In this document: in pieces, positions 43,049-58,172 of the stretch
How positions within the stretch are numbered: position 1 is the stretch's first letter
Layout: each line of letters starts with the position of its first letter
Assembly (NCBI RefSeq): GCF_009914755.1
Contig: NC_060929.1
Reading direction: 5' to 3' (one strand)
Source: the human T2T-CHM13v2.0 reference genome, Homo sapiens
Length of the DNA: 64,000 nt
Position numbers and translations under genes: made by a program
The notes under the pieces: generated by a model
What the model saw: only the letters and a program-made list of their open reading frames with translations
Database searches by the model: none
What the model was told of the DNA's origin: nothing

Positions 43049-43480
43049 TGTATTAGTCAGTACAGGCTGCCATAAAAGATACTACAGACTAGTGGCTTAA
43101 ACAACAGAAATTTATTTTCTCATAATTATTCAAATTAGAAGCCAAAAATGAAGTGCCAGCATGGTTTTTTTCTGGTGAATCTTTTCTTCCTGACTAGCAG
43201 ACAGGTGCCTTTTCACTGTGTCATCAAAAGGCCTTTCCAGACAGGTGCCTTTTCACTGTGTCATCAAAAGGCCTTTCCTCTGTACATATGCAGAGACAGA
43301 ACTCTGTTGTCTCTTCTTTTTTCCAATTGGTTTGATCTCCTGTTGGGTTAAGGTTCCACCTTTATGAGCTCATTTAACCTTATTTACCTCCTTAAAGGCC
43401 CTATTTCCAAATATAGTCACATAAAAGGTTAGGACTTCAACATATAAATTAGGGAGGGGGGGCACAATTCAGTCTGTAAC
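43049..43480 (-). mobile_element. MLT1A-like solo LTR
   Basis: TGTATTAGTC...GTGGCTTAAACAACAGAAATTTATT...AGGACTTCAACATA...CACAATTCAGTCTGTAAC. Confidence 0.85.
43198..43277. repeat. Perfect tandem duplication, 2 x 40 bp
   Basis: CAGACAGGTGCCTTTTCACTGTGTCATCAAAAGGCCTTTC twice, identical. Confidence 0.97.
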
Positions 43481-44174
43481 TCTTCGTTATTCTAATTCCT
43501 CTCTCCATTTCCTTCTTTTTCCTTTCTTGCTGTAACTCTCACTCTCACACTGCACTTTGACACCCCAATATTTTCTTCCCAACATTCTCCAGCTTATAAT
43601 TCTGAACTTGCATTCCAAGTTCTCAACTGGTGGGTAAGAAATGGAAAGGAGGGAAACAGAAGGAAAGATAGATAGCCTTCCATTGTTAGTTACCACTTTC
43701 TTTGTAGAGTATAAATCAATATACAGTAAGTAGTATTTGTTTCTGTTGCATCAACTCTTTAAAGTATAAAACAGCATTATAATTAAATTTCCCAATTGAA
43801 GCACACAAGTATTATTGCCAGAACACTCTCATTTTCTAAGGTTTGATGGCACCATGAGAGAAGAGTATAAGCATTGTGAATTCTCAGAGCAGTACTATAA
43901 ATATGCAAAGCATAGCAGTCTAGACATCACTGGTACGGTGGCCAAATATTATGAATGCACATTTAAGTGAACCAGACTGAATTTTTTCATTGGATTTCAT
44001 TTTAATTTTGCAATTATCCCAGTGCCTAGCAGAGGAATAGGCACATAGTAGGTACTAAAACAACAATTGTGGAATGAATTCATTTTCTCACTTAAAGCGT
44101 GATTCTAATCCCTGAAGGTATGCATTCATTATATTGTGGTAAATTGTATGTTTTAAAAAATTAAGGTTTATATA

Positions 44175-45287
44175 TAGTTATACATTACATATGATCTGAA
44201 AAATGCATTGTTAGGCAATTTCATCTTTGTGGGAACATGATACAGTGTACTTACATAAACCTAGCTGGTTGAGCCTATGTTGCTCCTAGGTACATACCTG
44301 TACAACATATTCCTGTACAGAGCACTATAGGCAATTGTAATACAATGGTATTTGTGTATCTAAACACAGAAAAGGTACCATGAAAATATGGTAAAAAGAT
44401 TTAAAATGCTACACCTTAATACGGTACTTATCATGAATGGAGCTTGCAAAACAAAGTTACTCTGGGCAAGTCAGTGAGTGAGGAGCAAATGAATGTGAAG
44501 ACCTCGGACATTACTGTACACTCCTGTAGATCCATTAAACACTGTATACTTAGGCTACACTAAATTTATCTTTTAAATGTTTATTAATAAATTAACCTTA
44601 GCTTACTGTAATTTTTTTACTTTATAAACTTTTAAATTTTTTTAACTTTTTGACTCTTGTTATAACAGCTTAAAACAAACACATTGTACAGATGTACAAA
44701 AGTATTTTCTTTGTATCCTTAGTCTATAAGCTTTTTACTATTTTTTAAATTTTAAATTTATCTTTTAGTTTTTAAACACTTTTGTTAAGAACTAAGACAC
44801 ATACATACATTATCCTAGCCAATACAGGGTCAGGATCATCAACATCACTGTCTTCTACCTCCACATCTCATCCCACTGGAAGGTGTGTGGGGGCAATAAC
44901 ATGCGTGGAGCTGTCATCTCCTGTGATAACAGTGCTTTCTTCAGGAACATCTCCTGAAGGACCTGCCTAAAGTTGTTTTACAGCTAACTTTTTTTTTTTA
45001 ATATGAAGGAGTATACTCCAAAATAATAATAAAAAGTTCAGAATAGTAAATATGTAAACCATAAAAGCCATTTTTTATCAAATATTATGTACTGTATATA
45101 CTTGCATGTGCTATACGGCTAGAGGCAAAGTAGGTTTGTTTACACCAGCATTATCACAAACATGTCACAAAAAGATCTTACAATGTCTACAACATCATAT
45201 TGTTAGGAATTTTTCAGCTCCATTATGTTCTCATGGAACTACCATCATGTATCATTGACCGAGACATCATTATGTGGCTTTTGACTG
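44175..45287 (+). mobile_element. Tigger3b/MER7-like non-autonomous DNA transposon
   Basis: CTGAAAAATGCATTGTTAGGCAATTTCATC near start, CATCATTATGTGGCTTTTGACTG terminus, TA at the left flank, ~1.1 kb. Confidence 0.85.
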
Positions 45288-45470
45288 TGTATGTGTATGT
45301 GTATGTATGTATGTGTATGTGTATGTATATGTATGTATATGTGTATGTGTATGTATGTGTATGTATGTGTATGTGTATGTATGTATGTGTATGTATATGT
45401 GTGTGTATACATATATACATACTATACATATATATGTATATATATTGTATGTGTGTGTGTATGTATATAT
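45288..45470. repeat. Compound (TATG)/(TGTATG)/(TA) microsatellite
   Basis: Directly visible; source of the spurious CV/YT-rich ORFs. Confidence 0.95.
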
Positions 45471-46619
45471 GGTGGCTGTAGCCTGCTGTCTTACCTTCAA
45501 ACAGGCCTTCTGGTAAAATACATGTTAATGCTTTGTTGACAGGCCACAGTATAAATTAGAGGAATTATGGTTCAAAGGAAAGGAATCTACCTGCACTTTC
45601 CTTTGTGGAAGATCTGCACCTTGCAAGGGTGTCAACAGCTCTTTGTCCCCACCTGGGCCTAACTTCAAATATTAGTTGGTGCTTTTCTTTCTGAATTGCA
45701 TCCAGCTGAGTAGATGGCAAGCCCACAGTTCTCTCTAAAGTGAGTCAGGATTTAGTAAAGCAGTTGGGTTACCCTCTGGCACAAAGAACAACAACACAGC
45801 TGAGGATTGATGTTATTTACAGCCAGCAAGAAAATTTCCAAGCATTCCTTCCATGTGATACCTGGAGAACAAGCTAGCAAATATTGAGTTCAGGTTTGTT
45901 TACTCTTGATATAATTTCACTTTTCTGTTTAAGCAAAAAACTTGAAAGACATTTTTTTAAAAGTCTCACACTGCTTCTGGGACATCAAAACATTATTTCT
46001 AAAGAGAGACTGGGTGATTTAATTATATGTTTTTCAGAAAATGTTGGAAATTTTTTTTCAAGTAATATATTTCAGTGATGTGAATTTAATTGCTATATTC
46101 ACTGGACTACTGGGCCTCTAAATGCAAAATGTGCCTATATTTGTACATGTTTTAATCTAATTTTCAGAAGCTATATCTGAATAGGCATGATGAAAATGTG
46201 GAGTTTTTACAATTAGTTAAGATACATCCTGACTATATCTGATGCATTTCTGCTTTAAATAGTAAATTAAAAAGTTAATTAGATGCTTAATAGTCTGTCA
46301 TTGGTGGGCAGTTGGAATCAGGAATATAGCATCACTAGGTATCTCCAGCCCTGTAACCAGGGATCCTAAGGATTTTAGCAGGAGGACATCCCTTTGCAGA
46401 GGAAAGCCCCTTAATCTCATAGTTCATTTGTGCAGCTTCTAAAATCCTCTTGCTCAAATGGGGCGCTGTGAAGTTTGGTGGCTTAAGTAAAGGATGGAGG
46501 TTGCCTCTGGAGATATCAGCATGGAGAAATGTAGGACACCAGTCACAGACATTTGTACTTCAGTTGCAGATTCTCCAGTACCAAGTAGTAGAGAAACAGA
46601 TTAGAAATATTCCTAGGCT

Positions 46620-46875
46620 GTAAAAGTGCAGTGGTTAAGAGAGCAGGCTCTGGTGTCTGAACCAGGCTTGGATTCAGACAAGATCTCCCAGACTCTAGCT
46701 GGACATTCTTGATAGTTTATTTCATCTATAGAAGCCTCAGTTTTTTTATTTGTAAAATGGGGTAAAACAGGGCCAATAATACCCAATCCATAGCAGGTTG
46801 CAATGCCTACATAATTTAGATAATTGATGATAAGCACAGTGCCTGCGCTAAGTGCTCTATAAATGTGAGTAGTAT
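46620..46875 (+). mobile_element. MIR, near full length
   Basis: GCAGTGGTTAAGAGAGCAGGCTCTGG head; GCCTCAGTTTTTTTATTTGTAAAATGGGG core; AGCACAGTGCCTG tail. Confidence 0.85.
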
Positions 46876-46908
46876 AATAGGCATGGGGCCTGGATTTGGT
46901 GATATCAT

Positions 46909-47055
46909 ACAGCTGTGGGTCACAATGCTGCCTGCACATTAGAATCACCGAGGGAACTTTTAAGACATGCCAATGCCCAGGTCTACTCCCGGATATTAAT
47001 TCAATTTAAAGCTCCCCAGGTGATTCTAATGTGCAGGCAAGGTTGAGCCCCACTG
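46909..47055. mobile_element. MER5A-like hAT MITE
   Basis: CCTGCACATTAGAATCACC ... GGTGATTCTAATGTGCAGG inverted subterminal repeats. Confidence 0.85.
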
Positions 47056-47094
47056 CTATAGTCCCTCAGATTTTCAAATCTGTCAGGGCTTTTA

Positions 47095-47242
47095 GTAATC
47101 AGCTAAACCAATGCCCACATTTTACAGCTGGGGATGAAGACCAGCATAGTGTAATAATGATTTGTCTAGGATCATTTTTAGTAAGTGGCAGAGGTGGTGC
47201 TGGAACAGGAGCTTACTGATTCCTAGCCCAGAGCACTTTCTT
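47095..47242 (-). mobile_element. MIR fragment
   Basis: CATTTTACAGCTGGGGA...GTAAGTGGCAGAG...CTGATTCCTAGCCCAGAGCACTTTC. Confidence 0.7.
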
Positions 47243-49883
47243 CTCTACTAAATAAATCAAAACCTGGCATATTTTCTATGATTGTTTTAGAGATTTTGTA
47301 ATTTATTAAGTTAACTAGTAATGAGATTTAGTGTCAAGGTGGTTAAAAGAGTCTGGTTAGCATACCATGCTCCTCTGATATGATAGTATTCCTAGAGCTT
47401 TATTTATGGTACTCCTCTTATTTGGCAACCCTAAGATAAAAGAGAAAATAAATGATTTTACTAGAAAAAGGGGCTGTGTACATGATCTTAAATGCTGTGT
47501 TATTCTTTGAGGTTGATCCCAGCACAACGAAGCAAAACCATTTCTCTGTTGTGCCCAACTTTCTTAGGTACAAGCTACAGGTAGCTGATGGGCATCAGCT
47601 GATCTCCAAAAAGCTGGAGGACTGGAGAGTAGTTTCAAGGCTGTGGATTTCCAAGTGTTCCTCCTTCCCTTCCTGCTGTTGCCCTAGTTACACAGCTGCT
47701 GGAACAGCACCACTAATTAGGTGATGTCCCTTGTTCCCCACCATCTGGATGTCACGGCCCAGTCCCAGCCCAAGTCTCCCTTGTGACTCTCCTTCCTGGC
47801 ATTGTGTACCATGCTCTCAACCCCTGCAAAGTGCTCTGTGATCCTGCCTACACTGGAGCTCATTGTGGGGTTCAGTGGTTAAGCAGGTGGCACAAGGGAA
47901 AGTGCCAAGGTCCTAGTCCAGAAAAGACTCTGAAGTGTCAAGTAACCAAGATAAGAACAGCGAAGCTGAAGTTAAGTCTTGTGTCACTAAATTTAGATAT
48001 CTTCTCAGGAAGCAGTAACAATTCAATTGTTTTACTAAATTCTCAAAATGTGTGAAGCTTGCAAATATACTTCTGAAATCAGAGAGTTTACACAGTATTT
48101 GGATATGCCTTACTGTATATATTACAAAATATTAATTCTCTCTGTTTTCTTACATTTGTAATTTAGAATGTTATTTTCAAGCCTTTCTGTATCTTTTCTA
48201 AATCCAAATTTCTTAATTTTTTGATGGAGTCTTCACTACTTCTAGTCTAAATGTGTGTGCATATTTAACTAAACCAAGACAACATGTATTCTAATGTTTA
48301 TATTTCAAGAAGATTCATAGTTATTTAAGAGGTCTTGATAGGAATTGAAAACACATTGGATTTTTACATGTGATACAAAGTTAAGGTTTACTTAATAATT
48401 TGTATAAACCATTACTCTTAAAGAGATTGAACTGTATCTAGGCTAAAATTCCCAGATTCATCCTCCTTCTGCCAAATGTTATTAGCAGCAAGTTAAAAGT
48501 GGGCCTGCTGTCACTGTGACCCCAGCTGACCTCTTAATTTCTTGAGTTCAAGTCCAATTAACCTCTACGAAGAGGCACAACTGTTCTAACCAGACAGGTC
48601 AATAGAATCCAATAGTAATCATTTCATCTTCTGCCTTGTCAAAGGGTGGCCCTCCCACCTAACCCATTTCACACAAAGGTGGTCATTTATCACCGTTTAG
48701 AGAACTGTACTGAGCTGTGTCCTAGCCTTGCCTGAAGTACATTCATCAGTCGTTTGGACAGGAGCTGGGGCGTGCCTTGCTGTGGACGGGCCCAGCAGAA
48801 GGTGCTACTAGAAAACCTTCCTTGTCTGGACAACCTGTTGGTGCTCTTTGCAAAACGACACCCAAAGTTTGAACCCAGAAGGCAACTGAAACTGATTAAT
48901 GGGTATTTCCTTCAAGGAACGACTCCTCCCAATTCCTACCCCCATTAATCTATAAAGCCTTTCTTTCAGGAGAGGTTAGACATTATTATGATAATTTTTA
49001 AAAGACTTACTTTGAAAGTCATGGTGAAATAAGATATTCAAAAGCAATAGACATTTATAACCAAAGCTAGTTCCTAACTAGGCTGCTTTTGGAAAAGTGA
49101 GGGGTAGAGCTTTAACTGTGTAGTTAACATTTAAACCCATTTTCTAGACAATTCCTCACAAATTCTAGATGTTCATTATGATGTATCGATTTTTGGAAGT
49201 GGTTCTTTGAAATCGTTTTTTTTTTTTTTTTTGGTCTGGAGAGGACTTGGTTTTACTCCAATGTTACTATACTTAAAAACTTTGGCTTATTAGAAATTGA
49301 ATTCTAGAAAGAATCTAAAAACCAAATTATGTTAACATATTTTCAGTGTTTCCAATTAAATAAGATATGAGTGTGGAAACCTGATATTTTATTTATATTC
49401 CTATGGCAGGGCTATATACACAGGTATCTACTTATGCTTTATATTTTATCATTTAAATTAATGTGAAAATTAAGAAGAATTAACAAGAAACCAGTTATTG
49501 GGAGAATATATGTCTGCCTTGTCAGACGTTTAAAACTAACAAACACAATAACTCAATGTATTTTTTTTTACTTCTAAGTTGGATCTTTTGGGGCTCAGTG
49601 AGTTTATTTTTTTTCATAAAAAAACAAAAAATTACCAAGGTTCAAAGTCCATCAGCATCGCTAACATATTGAATATATCTTGCCCTTCATTTTCCTTCTG
49701 CTTCTTTTTTACATTCCACTTCTTCTCTTACCCCCAAAGAGTATTAACTGCAAGGCACAAGCAGGGATGTAAAATTGGTAGAATGAACAATTCCACTTCC
49801 AGACTAAGTCACTCTTCTAAGTAAGACCACTAAAGATATCATGGATCCTAAGTTATAAGGAATTGATCCCTTGCTTTCCAGAT

Positions 49884-50006
49884 CAGCACTGTCCAGTAGA
49901 ACTTTCTGTGAAGATGAAAGTGTTATATAACTCTGCTGTCTAATGCTGGAACCAATACACCCATATGTGCCTACTGAGCACTTGAAATGGATGAATGCTA
50001 CTGAGG
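49884..50006 (+). mobile_element. MER3 (hAT) 5' fragment
   Basis: CAGCACTGTCCAGTAGAACTTTCTGTGAAGATGAAA...CTACTGAGCACTTGAAATG. Confidence 0.75.
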
Positions 50007-51671
50007 GATGGACACAGGGTACCTAGAATACCCTCAGTCTTCACTAGGTAGGACTTAGCAGGTTGATTCTTTCCTTGAAATTGGAAAAATGTCTTAGACT
50101 CTCAAATGTACAATTAACCTTAAAGTCTGTGTCTGCCTTTCTTTACATTCTCATTGAGTCTGTGGCTTTAAGTTGTGTGGACAGTGACACATGCACGGAG
50201 AGGATACACTGATCTTCATGACCCATAAAAAAGACCTTTGTCTCAGCATGGGTAGTAACATAGCCATGTGGAAATTAGTGTTATCTGCAACAGGAGTTAA
50301 AATAGAAACTTTTATGTTATCTTACCACCTTCCAGGTGGCTAGTCTCAAAGTGGTCTGAGGCTAGTGTTCATGGATTAACTCGTAAATGTACAGGAATTA
50401 GGTTATTTTTGACACACAAAAAAATGTTCCTCATATTTCATGCACATATTCCTTATGGTTAACCAAATGTCTTCTGCAAATAAGTTGACACTGGATATAA
50501 ATATTTTAAGACATACAGAATTGACATAAGTAAAAATGTAGGCAGCTTTTGAATTACTGTTATGGAGATATGAAATATTGTTTCTGTGAATTAGCCAACT
50601 ATCCTATGATTGTTCAAATGCATGAGACACAAAACAGCAGTGAAAAAAATCCCTCTAATTTAGTTGTTCAGTTTCCTACTGTCTTGTATTAAAAGCTACC
50701 TAATAGAATTTATAGTTGGAGAAACCTTTTAGGCAGCACTCTTTGTATTTTTTATTAAGTCCAAACCCAGAGAATCTACTTAATGTCAATTTTGTACAAT
50801 GGTTGTACTGCACAGCATATTTTATTTTAAATCTGCAGGACATGATGATAAATTGATAATTGACCCCAAGGCCATTACAAATAAAGAGGCCCTGTTTTTC
50901 ATTAGTACAGTAATACCTAGTCATAAGGGAAAGAAGACCAATGCTAATTTAGCCCTGAGAAGTGAGCAATCAAGAACTTGTGGTTTTAAAAACACACGTT
51001 TAAAGAAGGCAAATTTCTAGTTGTGAACAGTAAAAGAAAATTCAATTATAGGAACATGTGATTAGAAACATGCCAAGAGCAGTTTGTGTTGTGTGCTGAT
51101 AAATAGAACATTCTTAACTGTGTTTACTTAAAAAAAAAAGTCCAGCTGAGAAATAAACTAAATAATGTCAGTTAATAGAATTCCTGGTGGTATTTTCGTT
51201 TAGAGTATGTAAATGTAATTTTCTCCCCTTAACGTCCCCACCCTAGAAGCAGTTTTCATAAAAGTTCATTCATGTGGAGACATCTGTTTAAACATGCTCC
51301 CCAGACCTATATGAACTTTATATCACCATATGTAGACTACCTGTCTTAGCTCTACTGGCTCTTGCTTCTCTAATAAATAAACAAAATTTGTTGTGAGGCT
51401 CTTGTTATAAGCAAAGATACCATGAAGAATGCAAAGTCTATAAAATATAGTCACTGATCTTGAGCATCCAAATATAAAGAAAATGAACACATCTAGAAGT
51501 TAATATTTTATAAATATAATAGCAGGTACTAATCAAGTATTCTGCCCACTCAAAAATATAGAGATAGCATTAATTGGTGAGAACTAAAAAGTCTATCAAG
51601 AAATATGTGGTGTTTAGAAATAGTCTTGAAGGATAAGCAGAATTTTAATTGATATGGTATTTGGGAGGTTT

Positions 51672-52880
51672 TGTTCTTCAAAGGACTCTATAAGGAATAT
51701 AAAAAGACAACCCAAAGAATAGGGAAAAATATTTACAAAATCTCTCTCTAATAAGGCTTGGTATCTCTAAAAGAATATATACAAATGACCAGCAAACACA
51801 TACAAAGATGCTTATCATCTTAGTAATTTGGTAAATGCAAATCAAAACCACAATGAGGTACCACATCACACCTACCCGGATGGCTAAAATAAAAAATGCA
51901 GACAATGAAAAGCATTGGTGTGGATATGAGGAAATTGCTTCTGGAATACCAAATGGTGTAGCCACTTTGGAAAACAGCTTTTCAATTCCTCGAGAAGTTA
52001 AAAATAGAGTAACATAGGACCCAGCATTTCACTCCTAAGCATATGCGCAAGAGAATTGAAAACATTTGCCCACACAAAAACTTGCACATAAATGTTTATA
52101 TTAGCATTATTTAAAATATCCCCAAAGTAGAAATAACTCCAATGTCCATGAAGTGATGAATGGATAAACAAAATGTGCAATATCCACACAGTGAAATATT
52201 ATTCAGCCATAAATAGAAATGAAGTACTGATACGTGCTATAACAAGCAAGATCCTTAAAAACGTTATGCTAAATGAAAGAAGCCAGACACAAAGGCCCTA
52301 TGTTGTAAGATCTCATTTATTTGAATGGTCTAGAGTTGAGAAATCCATAGAAACAGAAAGGGCCGGGTGTGGTGGCTTGCACCTGTAATCCCAGTGCTTT
52401 GGGAGGCCAAGGTGGGCAGATCACTTGAGCCCAGGAGTTCAAGACCAGTCTAGGCAACAGGGAGAATCTGTCTCACCAAAAAATACAAAAATTAGCAAGG
52501 TGTGGTGTGCACCTGTGGTCCCAGCTACATGGGAGGCTGAGGTGGGAGGATCACTTGAACCTGGGAGGCGGGGTTTTCAGTGAGCCCAGATCATACCATT
52601 GTACTCCAGCCTGGGAGACAGTGAGACCCTGTCTCAAGAAATGAGAAAAAAAAAAAAAAAAAAAAGAGACAGAAAGTAGATGTGTAGTTTCCAGAGACTA
52701 GGAGGAAGGAAAAGTGGGGCGTGACTGTAATGGTTACAGGGTTTCTTTTTGAGGTGATAAATATATTGTGGAATTAGATAGTGGTGATGGTTGCACAACT
52801 TTACGAATATGCTAATAACCACGTGTACATTTAAAAGGTTTAATTTTATGGTGTGTGAATTATATAGCAATTTAAAAAAT
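51672..52880 (+). mobile_element. L1MB 3' fragment split by an Alu
   Basis: ORF 51835 [20 protein letters not shown] is the ORF2 C-terminus; L1MB-type 3' UTR ends AATTATATAGCAATTTAAAAAA. Confidence 0.88.
52361..52664 (+). mobile_element. AluJ
   Basis: Dimeric Alu with A-tail; TSD AGAAACAGAAAG (52349-52360) / AGAGACAGAAAG (52665-52676). Confidence 0.93.
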
Positions 52881-53643
52881 AGGATACAAGAGGGCACACG
52901 GGTAAAGTGAGTGGATAGTATAAACAAAGGTGGGAAACTGTGAAGAGAACTAAGATATATTTGGAACAGGGTAAGTAATCTTGTTGATTGTAGTCTTGGA
53001 TGGATATGCAGATAGATAGACAGACAGATAGAGATAAAATGGTAATGCTAAAATGTCAAATAAAGGAAAGATCAGGGAGTGCTTCCACAGGACAGGCTAA
53101 AGAGTTTGGCATTTATTTGTTGATATTAAGCAGTCAAATTAATTTGGTAGTAGGGCTATTTTAATCTAAGTTGCAAGGAGAAAAAGCTGGAAGGAGCAAA
53201 TCATCTATTCACAATAAATATCAGTTGCTCTGAAAGATAAAGTGTCACACCTCGTGGGTGAGGTAATGTGGGGAGAGGGTCAAGGGAGTGGGCTAAGGAG
53301 TCAGAAATGACTCAGAGAAACAGCTTCCCTGAGCCAAGAACTTCCCTCTGACCAGAAGAAAATGTCTCCTGGTCTCTATCATGGATACCAAATAAAACGA
53401 AGTCTATATCTTTTTAAAAGTATAAAAAGAGGAATTTTATCCTTTACTCCAGAAATGTTATTAGATGTCGATTACGATTCTTCTTGAGGTTTTGCTAATA
53501 ATTTTAACAAAGCCTTTAAATTTTTTTTTAACAGAAAAACAAACTAATGAACCGTGAGGAAGTTTAGTCTTACTAAGAGTTAGGAATTTTGTTAAATTTT
53601 TAAAGGAACTAAGGAACTAGAGGCTACAATAAATCTTAGAGTA

Positions 53644-53934
53644 GGCTGGGCACGGTGGCTCATGCCTGTAATCCCAGCACTTTGGGAGGCCGAGGCAGGT
53701 GGATCACGAGGTCAGGAGATCAAGACCATCCTGGCCAGCATGGTGAAACCCCATCTCTACTAAAAATACAAAAATTGGCCAGGTGTGGTGGCGCACGTCT
53801 GTAGTCCCAGCTACTCAGGCAGCTGAGGCAGGAGAATCACTTGAACACAGACGGAGGTTACAGTGAGCTGAGATCATGCCACTGCACTCCAGCCTGGGCG
53901 ATAGAGCAAGACTCTGTCTCAAAAAAAAAAAAAA
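53644..53934 (+). mobile_element. AluSc-like
   Basis: GGATCACGAGGTCAGGAGATCAAGACCATCCTGGCC; TSD AAATCTTAGAGTA (53631-53643) / AAATCTGAGAGTA (53935-53947). Confidence 0.93.
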
Positions 53935-54884
53935 AAATCTGAGAGTAAGTGGAAAGCATCCATGGACAGGACTATTTCAATTCATGTGCTGGGTGGGCAA
54001 TTTCCCCTTAATGATGAAAGGAAGTAAGTTCATTTTATCTGTGGAAGACTTTAGAGGATATAGACAGAGCACAACCAAAGATAACTGATCATAGGGCACC
54101 ATTGTCTCTTGCTGGGATCAATGGCCAGCTGGCACAGCAAATTGTCCTCTGATATCCAAGGTTGTCCACGACATATTGCAGAATTTTGATGGTCCTGAAT
54201 ATATTATCATTTATAAGAATTTGCATATAGAACAATGGACAATTAAGTTATAAATTTTTTGCACATATACTTCAGAAAAGAAAAAGGACAAGGAATGGAG
54301 CCTTTCCTGAGAATGTTTGCCCAAGAAAGCTAAGTTTGTATTAAAATATAGATAGGCAAATAGAAACAGAAAGTATTTTTGGTAAGTAGATTCCATGACA
54401 GGCAGAAGAAGGCAATGACTATATTTTAGGAGAAAAATGTTATAGAAAAAAATAAGTTTAAAAACATCTAACACGTCAAGGAAAGAACTCAGTGTGTTAT
54501 TGGATGAACACGAATGGTGAAGACCCTGCCTAAGTACCAGTGAAATTCCAGCATCTGCAGCAGATGATTTGATATGGCAGAACATTGAGTGATTCCAGCA
54601 AGAGGCAATAGTGCCCTTTTATCAACTCAGGGGCAGTAAAAATGGAGAGGAAAGTTGAATTTAAGTGGAAGTTTGAGGAAATCATTAAATGTGGCTGATT
54701 CAGAAGTGTGGACAGCCTTGGATGTCAGAAAGAATATTTAAGATGATAAAGAGAGACAGCAAAGATGTGGGCCATGAAGAAAATGTTCGTCCACAAAACA
54801 ACTGCATGATTCTCTGCTAGGCTGATTAATAACAGGGTGGCAATATTAACAAAGAAAGAAAACTTTAGAAAGGAGACACTGATA

Positions 54885-56100
<1,216 letters not shown>

Positions 56101-57439
56101 AAATGAGTTGCAAACAGCACTCTACTTTGAGCTCTATAGGACATTTCCAGAGACATGGCTGCTCTGCATCTTCAAGTTGATGAAGGAAGGGCAATTAGTC
56201 TATGTTTTTCTCTGCATCCAAAGATGCAGTATGGGAATATGATTCCTTTAGTTTTTACCAGGGTCAGTAGTGCAATTTAATTGCTTTAGGGCCCTTCATC
56301 TTTTTTATTTACATGAGGAATATTTGGATTCCTGAACTAGTCTTGTACTTTTTTGTACCACTGATTGTTCTTTCGGTGGTGTTGTTAGAATTGAGCTAGT
56401 TATTTATAGTTCTCTGTTGAAAGAGCCCACAGGGAGGAGAGGTGAGCTGAGCATTTGAAATTCAGGATCTGGTTAATGTTGTCAGCTCAGTGGATTTGAG
56501 AATATTCACAGATAAGCAACTCAGAAGGATCATACTTGTATTGTAGGCCCTCAGGTATTCAGGAAATAGATCTTCTCTTGTGATTCAATAGCCATAATCC
56601 AAATTAAACATCTGGCTTTTCCAATGTGTATTTTTGAATGTATGTGTCATTTCTTCATAGACATATCAAATCATTACTATGTGGTAAGATTTTATCCAGA
56701 AGATTCTCTTCCTAAAACCTTTATATATGACCCTTTTAAAGCATAAAATTATTTTAGGTGTGAGTTTTTATTATGCAATACAAGGATACAGTCTTTAATT
56801 TTCTACCTTTAAGATATTGATTTAAATTTACATTACGATGCAATTGATTGAAAAGGTGGAGGGACAAAGTCCTTAGGCCATGGATACCTGAGGGGACAAT
56901 GAATCAGGGGAGACAACTGGAGTGAAAATAAGACTATAATCTCCCAAATATAAACTTTGTTTCTATCTCATTATTTCTATTATCTCTCAGTCTAAGTCTC
57001 CAGACTTTGCATGTGTGTGTGTTTGTGCATAAAGAGTTTAGGAAATATAAAAATGCAGCAAGGTTAATGGGAAAAGGTCAAGAACAGGAGTTTCAAAATC
57101 CTGTTTCTGAAACTATAAACCCCTGAAACTGTCACAACCTGAATGTACATTATTTGATGATTCTCTCACTGGACAGGATAGTGAACGGGTACACCAGAGG
57201 GAAACTGAAAGTGATGATTATGGGGATGATGATAAGTATCAATTGGATAGATGTATAAAATATAAGTCTGTAGGTATACTTTGTAATATCCACACATGTC
57301 TTTTGAGAAATCTAAAAGTAGAAAGAACAGGGTGGCTCTTTTGGTATTAGATTTTTAAAAATAGATAATTTAATTGGATTTTAAAATTAACTATAAACAT
57401 TGCAGACCCAAATGCCTTACAAATAATCTTTGGACCAAA

Positions 57440-57530
57440 AAGAAAGAAAAAGCAAGAAAGGAGAGAGGGATGGAGGGAGGAAGGAAGGGAGGGAGGGAAG
57501 GAGGGAAGGAAGGAAGGAAGGAAGGAGAAA
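57440..57530. repeat. Polypurine (GGAA)/(GGGA)n tract
   Basis: Directly visible. Confidence 0.92.
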
Positions 57531-58172
57531 AGCATAAAATAATTTATTATTTCATAAATAATGAATTTCTAAATAATTTATAAATATAATGTAAATATTT
57601 TATAAAATAATAAAAATGAAAAAGCCTGCAATCTAAAAAATAATAAAAAATAAAAAGCTTGCAATAAAAAAAAATTAAAAAGCCTGCAATCAGTCTACTC
57701 ATTAGAGTATAGCACATAGTAATTGAATTAAAATTACTGATTTGTATTAAGAATCTGTTTATTGAGTCTGTCTACCTATATTTATTTCTGTCTTGTCTCC
57801 ACTAACCTGTTGTTACTGAAATAAGTGTGAAATAAGCAAATACATGCACATTTACTATAGCAAACAGGCCGCCCACAATCTAATTAGACAAAACTCTGCC
57901 CATCTGCTCTGCATTATCATGGGGCCGGCTCAAATGGATGCTGTTTCATTACTAAAAGGCAGAGAGATGCAAATTGAATTGAGCTGGACTTCCTCTCAGA
58001 CAGAGACCAGGGCATGAAGTCAAACCCTTGCTGTGATCTAACAAAGCACCACTGGGAAAAAGTGGGATGAGAGGGGATTTCTTTTTCTAAGGCCACATGT
58101 CTAGTACTTACTAGAGGCCATAAGGGAGTGTTCATCCTATTGTTTGGTACAAGGCTACATGAGTCACCACAA

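Noticed and set aside
45200-45539. Cys/Val/Tyr- and His/Thr-rich ORFs on both strands
   Set aside because: Translation of a microsatellite
54211-54585. 124-aa minus-strand ORF and similar ORFs in unique DNA (e.g. 37285-37614, 46613-46948)
   Set aside because: F/L/I-rich composition typical of AT-rich non-coding DNA, no recognisable domain or exon structure
56444-56488. Hairpin GAGCTGAGCATT...AATGTTGTCAGCTC as a possible miRNA or snoRNA
   Set aside because: Stem of only ~12 bp with a bulge; no recognised mature sequence or box motifs
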